Below are positions 28,301 to 40,300 of a stretch of 64,000 nucleotides of DNA, piece after piece. Made by a program: the position numbers and the translations under genes. This DNA is from Mobula hypostoma (Eukaryota): the NCBI RefSeq assembly GCF_963921235.1, contig NC_086101.1, positions 10,170,001 to 10,234,000 on the forward strand. The letters are read 5' to 3'. How positions within the stretch are numbered: the stretch's first letter is position 1; each line of letters opens with the position of its first letter. The notes below the pieces were generated by a model. The model made no database searches. It was not told the DNA's origin and was given only the letters and a program-made list of their open reading frames with translations.

Positions 28301-31300
28301 AAATAAAAGTAAGTTAAAAATATTCAATCCGCAAGTGGAAATGTGCGACCAATCATGAGGAGATCAACTTACTTGATTGGTAAGAATGACGTCTCCCTAT
28401 GGCAAATGGATCTGTCCATGGCCACATTACAAAACTGAACACGTGTGGTGCTTATGGAGATGTGGTGACACCTTCACACTGAAAACTCTCCCCATTGACC
28501 CCGAAGCCTGCAGAAGAGGACATGGCTTTAAAGTAAGGGGTGGGAAGTTCAAGGGGGATATTGGAGGAAGGTTTTTTACCCAGAGAGTGGTTGGTGCGTG
28601 GAATGCACTGCCTGAGTCAGTGGTGGAGGCAGATACACTCGTGAAGTTTAAGAGCCTACTAGGGGTTATATGGGAGGCAGAGTTTCAGGGTCGGCACAAC
28701 TTTATGGGCTGAAAGGCCTGTAATATGCTGTACTAGTCTATGTTCTATGTTCTATGTTCTATCAAGTTAATGCTCAGTGTTGCCAGACAGGCTAACAGGA
28801 GTAGAGCTCGTTAATCTAATTTGTCTTCTTCCCAGGATTCCCTGTATCCCAAAAGTCGGTTGTCAGCCAACAGGATTCACTCCATGGGATATCAAATAAA
28901 CACTGATAGCTTTGGATACTGCAATAGTTATGGGACCTGACATTCTATCTGTAGTACTGGAGTTTGCACTCGCTGGAACAATTACTCATCTTTAGTTTTG
29001 AAATGGAGAATTCATTCTATTCTTTCATAATTATAAGCAAAAATGGATGTTAATGAAAGCTACTGGTGTTTATATTAACTACAATTCCCTTGTTGAATTT
29101 TCTAGGTCTAGAAGATAAAGAATCCGTCAAACAGTATGGTGAGTGTATAATAACTAATAAATGCACTATAACAATGAATAAACTACCAGTTCTTGTAGAT
29201 GTGCCTTGTAAAGAGACCACAAGATATAGTAAGACATTATACCATCCAGGCCATCGAGTCTGCTGCACCATTCCATCTTTTATTCTATTATCCTTCTCAA
29301 CCCCATTCTCCTGCCTTCTCCCCGTATCCTTTCACACCCTGACTAATCAAGAACCTATCAACCTCAGCTTTAAATATACCCAGTGACTTCGTTTCCCTGG
29401 CTGACTGTGGCAATGAATTCCACAGATTCATTACCCTCTGGCTAAAGAAATTCCTCCTCATCTCTGTTCTAAATGGATATCCCTCTGTTCTGAGGCTGTG
29501 TCCTCTGGTCTTAAGGCCCCCCCATCAGAGGAAACATCCTCGCCACATCCACTCTGTCGAGGCCTTTCAACATTTGATAGGTTTCAATGAGGTCATTCCT
29601 CATTTTTCTGAATTCCAGTGAGTAGAGGCCCAGAGCCATCAAGTGCTTCTCATATGACAAGCCTTTCACTCCTGCAATCATTTTTGTGAACCTCTTTGAA
29701 CCCTTTCCAATGTCAGCACATCCTTTCTTAGTTACAGGGCTCAAAACTGCTCACTGTACTCCAAATGAGGCTTCACCTGTGCTTTATAAAGGCCTTCTGA
29801 AAATCCAAGTACACAACATCTAGTGATTCCCCTTTGTCTATCCTGCTTGCTATTTCTTCAGAGAATTTCAACAGATTTGTCAGGGCAAGATTTTCACTTA
29901 AGGAAACCACACTGAATATGGCCTATATTATCATGTGCCTCCAAGTACCCTGAGACCTCAACCTTAATAATCAACTCCAACCACTGAGGTCAGAACAACT
30001 GGCCTATAGGTTCCTTTCTTCTGCCCTTGTCCCTTCTTGGAGTGGAGTGACATTTCCAATTTTCCAGTCCTCGAGAACCATGCCGGAATCTACCGATTCT
30101 TGAAAGATCATTACAAGTGCTTTCACCATATCTTCAGCCACCCCTTTCAGAACCCTGGGATGTATACCATCGGTTTAGGTGACTTATCTACTTTCAGTTT
30201 CCCAAGAACCTTCTGCCTATTAATGGCAACTTCACACGTTTCTGCCCCCTGAAACTCTGGAACTTCTGGCACACTGCTAGTGTCTTCCACAGAGATGACT
30301 GGTGCAAAATACTTAATCAGTTCGTCCGCAATTTCCTTGTCCCTTTTTACTACCTCTCCAGCATCACTTTCCAGCAGTTCGATATCTACTCTCGCTTCTC
30401 TTTTACACTTTATATATCTGAAGTATCCTCTTTAATATTATTGGTTAGCTTACCTTCATATTCTATTTTTACCTTCTTTATGACCTTTTTAGTTGCCTTC
30501 TTTTGCTTTTTAAAAGTTTCCAAATCCTCCAACTTCCCACTAATTTTTGCTCAATTTTGTGGCCTCTCATTACACATAGGTGATTATATAAAATTATAAG
30601 CAAGCAGAGGAAAGGTAAATTACAAGAAAAATATCAACTCTACACTCCAATCCCACACATGCAATGTCAAATCTTTACAGTAACAAAACATAACAAAACC
30701 CTATTCTCCTACAACATCCAGCTAAAGAGGTTGGTGGTGAATAATCCGTGGAGGGAGCTTCATAAGATTAATTAAATACACAGCCCCTGTCTGCGAAGGA
30801 TAAAGAGATCAGTATCCCAGAATAATGGATTTCCCCATGACCTTAAATATAGTGGCGAGTCATTGAGGACCGAGGGTCTAAATTAGTTCTCTGATCATCT
30901 GAATTTGATTAGAACATAGAATGTACGGTAGAACACTACAGCACAGTACAGGCCATTCAGCCCACAATGCTGTGCAAACCAGTTACCTACTTCAAGATCA
31001 ATCCAACCCTTCCCTCCCACTTAACTGTCATTTTTTTTCTTTCATCTATGTGCCTGTCTCAGAGTCTCTTTAATGCTTCCAACATATCTGCTTCTACCAC
31101 CACACACATTACAAGCACCTACCAAAATCTGTGAAAAGAAAAAAAAACTACTAACGTCTGAAACCGCCCCCCCCCCCTTTACTTTCCACCCAACACCTTA
31201 AAATTATGTGACTTTCTATTAGCGATTTCCACTCTGGAAAAAATGCCTTTGGATGTTCACTTGACATATGGCTCTCATCGTCTTGTATGCCTCTATCAAG

Positions 31301-34300
31301 TCACATCTCATCCTCCTTCTCTCCAAAGAGAAAAATCCCAGCTCCTTCAGTCTATGCTCTCTAATCCAGACAGCATTGTGGTAAATTTCCTCTGCAGCCT
31401 CTCTAGATCTTCCACGTCCTTCCTATAATGAGGTGACCAGAACTGAACACTTCAATGTGGTCTAAGCAGAGTTTTATAAAAGAAATGAAAACAGTCAATT
31501 AGAATTTGGTCCATAGAGCACCAGTGGAGGTGTGTGATCCTCTGAGTTCACAATGAATTGAGTTGAATTGACTTTATTTCTTTCATCCTCATATACTTGA
31601 GGGGTAAAATATTCACATTAGATCTCCATTTAAATGTGCAATGTACAATTTATAGTAATTTATAATAAATAGTATGTACAACAAGACAGTCAATGTGGCA
31701 TAGAAACACAATTGTATTGGCGTGAATTAATCAGGCTGATTACCTGGTGGAAGAAGCTGTCCCGGAGTCTGTTGGTCCTGGCTTTGAGGCTGCGGTACTG
31801 TTTCCCGGATGGCAAAAGCTGGAACAGTTTATGGTTGGGGTTAGTTGGGTCCCCAGTGATCCTTCGGGCCCTTTTTATGCATCTGTCTCTGTAAATGTCC
31901 TGAATAGTGGGAAGTTCACATCTACAGATGCGCTGGGCTGTCCACACCACTCTCTGCAGAGTCCTGTGATTGAGGGAAGTACAGTTCCCATACCAGGCAG
32001 TGATGCAGCCAGTCAGGATGCTCTCAATTGTGCCCCTGTAGAAAGTCCTTAGGATTTGGGGACTCATGCCAAACTTCTTTAACCGTCTGAGGTGAAAGAG
32101 GCGCTGTTGTGCTTTTTCACCACACAGCCGATATGTACAGACCACATGAGCTCCTCGGTGATGTGTATGCCGAGGAACTTAAAGCTGTTCACCCTCTCAA
32201 CCACAGATCCGTTTACTATATGTCTGCAGGGTTTAGCCCGTCTCCATTCCTCACGTAGTCCACAACCAGCTCCTTTGTTTTTGCAACGTTGAGGGAGAAG
32301 TTGTTTTCTTGATACCACTGTGTCAGGGTGATGACTTCTTCTCTGTAGGCTGCCTCGTTATTACTTGATCTACCTCTGTAACATCAGTGTGAATCTGTAA
32401 GTACTAACCTTTGTTTCAAGATCTGTTAACTTTGTGAGATATTGCGTGGAAAAAGGCTCTTTCAAACTGTACAAAGATGTGACATTCAATTTAATCACAC
32501 AACCATGAATCATTTTTGCTTGAATTTACATAATATAAGTGACTTCCAACTTTTCGAAATGGGGAATAAAGGAAGAACAACCTGATGTTCATTTCCCATG
32601 CCTCCAGAGTCATAAAAAGAATCACAGAGCAATACAGCACAGATACAGGCCCATCAGCTCAACACGTCCATTAGTTTTTAAAGTTAGCTTTAAAGGCTTC
32701 TGTGTGTCCTAACTCATTGAAATGTAGATGCTTTTCTTAAGGAAAGACAGTGGCTGATGTATGGTCACACAAACATCAGTATTGGTAATTAGTAATTAAT
32801 CAGATTTGTTGATGGAGTACAAACCAGTGTACAGAGGATGGTAGAGCATTGAAGAGTGCGGGAGAACAGCGGGATCAGGGAAAATAGATCCATGATTTCT
32901 TGGAGGTGGCATCACAGACAGGGTCATCAAAAGACCTTTGGAAAATTGGCCTTCTTATATCAGAGTATTGAGTGTAGGCTCTGGATGTATGTTGAAGTTG
33001 AACAGGGTGCTGGTGAGGCTAAATTCGGACTGCTGTGTGCAGTTCTGATCCCCCACCTACAGGAAAGATGAAAGAATACAGAGAGAATTTACAAGGATGT
33101 TGTCAGGACTTGAGGATCTGAGTTGTAGGGAAAGTGTAAACAGGGTTAGGACTTAATTTCCTGGAGCACAGGAGAATGAGGGGAGATTTGATAGAGGTAT
33201 ACAAAATTATGAATGGTACATATAGAGTAAAGCAAGCAGCTTTTCCACTGAGGTTGCATAAGACGACAGCTAGAGTTCATAGGTTAAGGGAGAATCTGAG
33301 GGGGAACTTCTTCACTCAAAGGGTGGTGTGAGTGTGGAATGACAACTAGCAGAAGTGCTGGACGTAGGTTGAATTTCAACACTTAAGAGCAGTTTAGGTA
33401 AGTACGCGGATAGGAAGGATATGGAGTGCTGTGACCCAGGTGCAGGTTGATGGGATTAAGCTGACTAACGTTTGGTGAACTCGATGAGCTGAAGGGATTG
33501 CTTCTATGCTGTAGACACAAAGAACTCTATGGTGATGTTAACTGCAGGATATCAATTGACCAACAAACCAAGAGAATGACCCTGCTATGTTTCCCTCCAA
33601 CCCAGAAAGCGTAGTCTGGGCCTCCATTTAATATTTCTATGAAAAGATGACTTCTCCATCAGCATAGCACCCCCACGCCATTACATTGGAATGGAGTCTG
33701 TACGTTGAGCCTCAATCTTTCACTTGTGTTCACCTCCTGTCCCAGGGAAGTAAAGCTACCCACCCTGACCTTGGGCTAACATGAAAAATGGGAAAATGAC
33801 CAATAACTTTGCATCAATAAGGTTATTAAAGTATATTTTTCTTAATTTTTTAGGCCACTGGAAACCCCTTGTTGAGTCAGGTAAGTCATACTATTTAACA
33901 TAAATGTTATGAAAATGTTGCGTATTTCATACCCTGAGGAACCCTGTGCACCATCAGTTTAAACTCATCTAAGCTGCAGAATGGGGAGAGTCAGAACAAA
34001 CAGCGGCAGGGCATAGTTAGAGAGGGTGGGAAGTAGACTTGGAGGGATATCACCAAGGAAGACCATCTCAGTGTTATCATATGATAGATGTCTGAGTCAG
34101 TGAGCCCTCTGGAAGCTGGAGGCCAGACATAGCCTGTCCTGAGGCTGGACGACTGACTGTGTGAGTGAATGGGTGGATGGGAAGGAGGGAGCAATGGCCT
34201 GGCTTTCCTGTTATTGTTGTTGTTGTTCGTGGAGGTGGTGTTGGTGGTGGTGGTGGTAATATTCTTGTTGCTTGTGTTCTTCTTCTGAACACGTTGGTCA

Positions 34301-37300
34301 AATTATGTGGGCCCTGGAATGTGCAGTGACACTGGTGGGGTGTCCCCAACGTATCCTCAGGATGTGTTGGTTGTTAACACGAGTGAAGCATTTCACTGTA
34401 TGTTTCAATGAACATGTGATAAATAAATGAATCTGAATCTAGTAATGGGGATGTCTGTCGTGCTAGAAATAAAACTGAAATGTTGAAAATAATTAACAAT
34501 AATATAATGTAAGAGCATAAAGAGGGCCATTTGGCCCTTCGAGTCTGATCCACCACTCCATCATGGATGATTTATTATCCATTTTAACCCTACCGTCTCC
34601 ATGCAACATTTCACCCTGACGAATCAAGAACCTATGAAGCTTCATTTCAAAATACCCAATGACCTGGCCTCCACAGTCGTCTGTGGCAATGAAATCCACA
34701 GATTCACCACATTCCTGGTGAAGAAACACCTCCGTGTCTCTCTTCTGGAGGGGGGATGTCCTTCTACTCTGAGACTGTGACCACTTGTCCCTGACCCCAC
34801 CCCCACTATAGGAAACATCCTCTCCTTCTCCCTTCTGTGTAGGTCTCTCAATATGTTATAGGTTTCATTGGGATTCTCTCTCCCCTACCTCCCTCCAACA
34901 CGCCCATTCTTCCAAACTCCAGCGAATACAACCTCAGAGCCATCAAACGCGTCTCATGTGTTGACCCTTTCATTCCTGGAATCAGATTATATTTCAGTTC
35001 CTCTGCACCCATACAACTTCTGACTTTTTAGAACAGTGTCTGTGCTGGGGTTGTTTACTTTGAAAATCAGATGATTCGGGTGAGATTTCAATTTTACGTG
35101 CTCCCAGTTAGTGTAATTATGCACTCTGTTCCACAGTCTCCAAACTAGTTACAACATGACCTGCCTCGGGGGCAACCCAGCTAAATCCAATTTCAAATTT
35201 GATCGTTGCTCTCACAAATGTAAAGAAAAACAAAGATTAGCTTTATTTGTCACACGTACATCAAAACACACAATGAAATGTGTCCTTTATGTAAAATTAA
35301 ATCAGTGAGGATTCACAAATAATGTATGTTTTGATGTAAAAATGATAAATGAGTTGTGGGCATGCTACATTGGCACCAGAGCATAATGATCCTTGCGAGC
35401 TGTGCCCAGTACATCAGACTGTGTTGGTCACTGATGTAGAGGTGCATTTCACTTTGATTTCATGTTTTGATGTACATGTGTCAAAAAAAGCTAATGATAA
35501 ACTTCCAATTAAAATGAAGGTTGAATATTTTGATGGTAATTCAAGGTGCAGGGAAAGTTTTTCCATACTAATTGGCTATTTTTGTTTCCAGATTGGGAGA
35601 TCATGTGTAAAAATCGAGGTAAGATATTTGATTGATTACGATGAATATTTTGGCTCCATCTGATGTACCGTCAGAATCAGAATCAGGTTTGTCTACATCT
35701 GCGGCATATGTTGAGAAAACTGTGGTCTTGTGGTAGCAGTACATTCCAATGCATCAGAATAAAAAACCTTTCATGACTATATATATATATATAACTTTCA
35801 TGACTATAATTTTTCAAAACTCGTTAGATTCTGGACTAGTTCCTGAGGATTGGAGGGTGGCTAATGTAACCCCACTTTTTAAAAAAGGAAGGAGAGAGAA
35901 ACCGGGGAATTATAGACCGGTTAGCCTAGCGTCGGTGGTGGGGAAACTGCTGGAGTCAGTTATCAAGGATGTGATAACAGCACATTTGGAAAGCAGTGAA
36001 ATCATCGGACAAAGTCAGCATGGATTTGTGAAAGGAAAATCATGTCTGACGAATCTCATAGAATTTTTTGAGGATGTAACTAGTAGAGTGAATAGGGGAG
36101 AACCAGTGGATGTGGTATATTTGGATTTTCAAAAGGTCCCACACAGGAGGTTAGTGTGCAAACTTAAAGCACATGGTATTGGGGGTAAGGTATTGGTGTG
36201 GGTGGAGAATTGGTTAGCAGACAGGAAGCAAATAGTGGGAATAAACGGGACCTTTTCAGAACGGCAGGCGGTGACTAGTGGGGTACCGCAAGGCTCAGTG
36301 CTGGGACCCCAGTTGTTTACAATATATATTAATGACTTGGATGAGGGAATTAAATGCAGCATCTCCAAGTTTGCGGATGACACGAAGCTGGGTGGCAGTG
36401 TTAGCCGTGAGGAGGATGCTAAGAGGATGCAGGGTGACTTGGATAGGTTGGGTGAGTGGGCAAACTCATGGCAGATGCAATTTAATGTGGATAAATGTGA
36501 AGTTATCCACTTTGGTGGCAAAAATAGGAAAACAGATTATTATCTGAATGGTGGCCGATTAGGAAAAGGGGAGGTGCAACGAGACCTGGGTGTCATTATA
36601 CACCAGTCATTGAAAGTGGGCATGCAGGTACTGCAGGCGGTGAAAAAGGCGAATGGTATGCTGGCATTTATAGCGAGAGGATTCGAGTACAGGAGCAGGG
36701 AGGTACTACTGCAGTTGTACAAGGCCTTGGTGAGACCACACCTGGAGTATTGTGTGCAGTTTTGGTCCCCTAATCTGAGGAAAGACATCTTTGCCATAGA
36801 GGGAGTACAAAGAAGGTTCACCAGATTGATTCCTGGGATGGCAGGACTTTCATATGAAGAAAGACTGGATGAACTGGGCTTGTACTCGTTGGAATTTAGA
36901 AGATTGAGGGGGGATCTGATTGAAACGTATAAGATCCTAAAGGGATTGGACAGGCTAGATGCAGGAAGATTGTTCCCGATGTTGGGGAAGTCCAGAACGA
37001 GGGGTCACAGTTTGAGGATAGAGGGGAAGCCTTTTAGGACCGAGATTAGGAAAAACTTCTTCACACAGAGAGTGGTGAATCTGTGGAATTCTCTGCCACA
37101 GCAAACTGTTGAGGCCAGTTCATTGGCTATATTTAAGAGGGAGTTAGATATGGCCCTTGTGGCTACGGGGGTCAGGGGGTATGGAGGGAAGGCTGGGGCG
37201 GGGTTCTGAGTTGGATGATCATAATAAATGGCGGTGCAGGCTCGAAGGGCTGAATGGCCTACTCCTGCACCTACTTTCTATGTTTCTATGTTTCTATAAG

Positions 37301-40300
37301 TATATCTATATAAATAAATAAGCAGTGCAAACAGAGAGGGAGAAATACTGAGGTAGTGATCACTGGTTCACTGTCCATTCAGAAATCTGACGGCAGTGGG
37401 AAAGAAGCTGTCCCTGAATGTTGGGTGTGTGTCTTCAGACTCCTGCACCTTCTCCTCTGATGGTAGCAATGAGAAGAGGGCACGGCCTGGGGGACTGTGC
37501 TTCCTGTGGTGGCTGGTACCTTCTCAAAATTCAAAGTACATTCGTTGTCAAAGTATGTATATGATAGACAACCTTAAGTGTCAACCTCTTGCAGGCAGTC
37601 ACAAAACAAAGAATCACAATAGGATCCGCTGAAACAGACCGCACAAAACAAAGACCATCAAACACCCAGTGTGTGAAAAAGGATCAAATTCTGCAAACAA
37701 TAAAAAAGTAAACAAATCACAGGTAGAGTCTCCGAAAGTGAATCCACAGCCACAAAGCCAGTTCAGAGCTGTAGCCAGATCAGGAGCCCAGCGGCTGCAG
37801 GCCACAGCCACGGAGCCAGTTCAGAGCCGTACCCAGACCGGGAGCCCGGCGGCTGCAGGCCACGGCCAGGGAGCCAGTTCAGAGCCGCAGCCAGACCGGG
37901 AGCCCGGCGGCTGCAGGCCACGGCCACGGAGCCAGTTCAGAGCCGCACCCAGACCGGGAGCCCGGCGGCTGCAGGCCACGGCCACGGAGCCAGTTCAGAG
38001 CCGCACCCAGACCGGGAGCCCGGCGGCTGCAGGCCACGGCCAGGGAGCCAGTTCAGAGCCGCACCCAGAACGGGAGCCCGGCGGCTGCAGGCCACGGCCA
38101 GGGAGCCAGTTCAGAGCCGCAGCCAGACCGGGAGCCCGGCGGCTGCAGGCCACGGCCACGGAGCCAGTTCAGAGCCGCAGCCAGACCGGGAGCCCGGCGG
38201 CTGCAGGCCACGGCCACGGAGCCAGTTCAGAGCCGCAGCCAGACCGGGAGCCCGGCGGCTGCAGGCCACGGCCACGGAGCCAGTTCAGAGCCGCACCCAG
38301 ACCGGGAGCCCGGCGGCTGCAGGCCACGGCCAGAGAGCCAGTTCGGCAATCCAATTGCCATCACCTTTATACATCCGTGATGGTGAGGAGGCTGGTGCCC
38401 ATGATGGAGCTGGTTTAGTTTACAAATTTCTGCAGCTTTTTTCCCATCCTGCGCCGTGGCCCCTCCACCAGACAGTGATGCAACCAGATTGAATGCTTTC
38501 TAAAATACCACTATTGAAATTCGCAAGTGTCATTGTGAACATACCAAGTCTTATCAAACAAAAGAAATATACTCATTGTCATACCTTATTTGTAATTGCA
38601 TCAAGATGTCGGGCCCAGGCTCGACCTTCAGAGAAATAGACACACAGGAATTTGAAACCGCTCACCCTTTCCACTACTGATTCCTCAATGGTGGGTGCTC
38701 TCTCAACTTCCTCTTTCTGAAGTCTACAATCAATTCCTTGGTCTTACTGACACTGAGTGCAAGGTTACTGTTGTAATACCACTCAACCAGCTGATCTGTC
38801 TCACTGCTGTACTACTCCTGATCACCATATGAAATAGTTGTGTCATCAGCAAATTTACAGATGTCGTTTGTGCTGTGCTGAACCACACATTAATGGTTGC
38901 AGAGAGAGCAGAGCAGTGGGCTAAAGCACACTTCCTTAAGGTGCACCAATGCTGTTGATTGTCCACGAGGAGGACAATGTTATTTCCAATCTGCACAGGC
39001 TTTTGTCACCCAGTGAGGAAGTCAAGGAGCAGAGGAAGGTCCAGGGTTTGGAGCTTGTTGATTAGAATGAAGGGTATGCTTCTGCTGTAATTAATAAACA
39101 GCAGCCTGACGTAAGTACTACTATTGCTCAGATGATCTAAGGCTGATTGGGGAGCCAGTGAGATCTCATCTGCTGTAGACTGATTATGACAATTGGCAAC
39201 TTTCAGTGGGTCCAGGTCCCTGCTTAAGCAGGAGTTGATTCTAGTTATGACCAATCGCTCAAAGCACTTCACAGTAGATGTGAGAGCCACTTCGAAATAG
39301 TCATTGCCAGCTCACCCTGCTCTTCTTGGCACTGGTATGATTGTCGTCCTTATGAAGCAGATGTGGAACTGACTGCAGCAGTGAGAGATCGAAGATGTCC
39401 TTGAACACTCCTGCTAGTTGGTTGGCACAGGTTTTCAGAGCCCTGCCAGGTACACCATCAGGTCCTGACACCCGAAGTTTTTTCACCCTCTTGAAAAATG
39501 TTCCGACATCAGCTTCCAAGGTGGAGATCACAGGGTCACTGTATGATTTATGGATTTGCACAATTGTAGTTTTATTCTCCCTTTCAAAGTGTGCATAAGA
39601 GGCATCAAGTTCTTCTCGGAGTGAAGCATCCCAGCCACACATGATGATAGCTTTTGCTTCATAGGAAGAAACCCTGCCACAGATGATGTACATCTGATTC
39701 CATCTATAACCTCAATTGGAATTGCTTTTTTGGTCTTAAAATAGGCTTCCATAGATCGTACATGGACCTTGGATAATTCTGGATCATCATTCTTTAATGT
39801 CAGAGATCTGGTCCTCAGCAGACTATGAATCTCCTGGTTCATCAACAGCTTTTGTATGATCTTGAAGGCATACACTCATCCATGCAGGTCTTGATGAAGT
39901 CGGTGACAACTGTGCCATACTCGTTCAGATTCAAAGATAAATCCTTGAATATTGTCTGGTCCACCGACTTAAAGCGGTCCTGTAAGCACTTTTCTGCCTC
40001 TCTTGTCCATGCATTCTTGGTCCTCACCACTGTTGCTGCTAGTCTCTGTCTATACACTGGGAGTAGAAGTACAGTCAGGTGATCAGACTTTCCAAAGTGT
40101 GGGTGTGAGTGGCATTGTAAGCATTCTTGATGGTTGTACAACAGTAGTCATGTTTGTTGGCTCCTGGTGTTCCACAGGTGATATTTTGTTGGTAGTTATT
40201 CAGAGACTTCTTCAGGTTGGCCTGGTTAAAGAACCAGGGACAATGATAGCGACGACGTCAGGATGTGTTTTTTTGTGCTTGCTGAATATAGAGCTTATCC

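Noticed and set aside
35749..37209. 486-aa RT as a host gene, retron or domesticated RT
   Set aside because: Typical 5'-truncated CR1 with 3' tail. The ATG comes from flanking sequence and the endonuclease is missing. The 427-aa ORF at 50124-51407 is the same case.
37757..38345. CRISPR-like regular array
   Set aside because: Head-to-tail units with no unique spacers, no cas genes, and a vertebrate context.
37669..38418. 249-aa repetitive ORF
   Set aside because: Read-through of the stop-free 58-bp minisatellite. The 58-aa period is three DNA units, and there is no splice or domain support.
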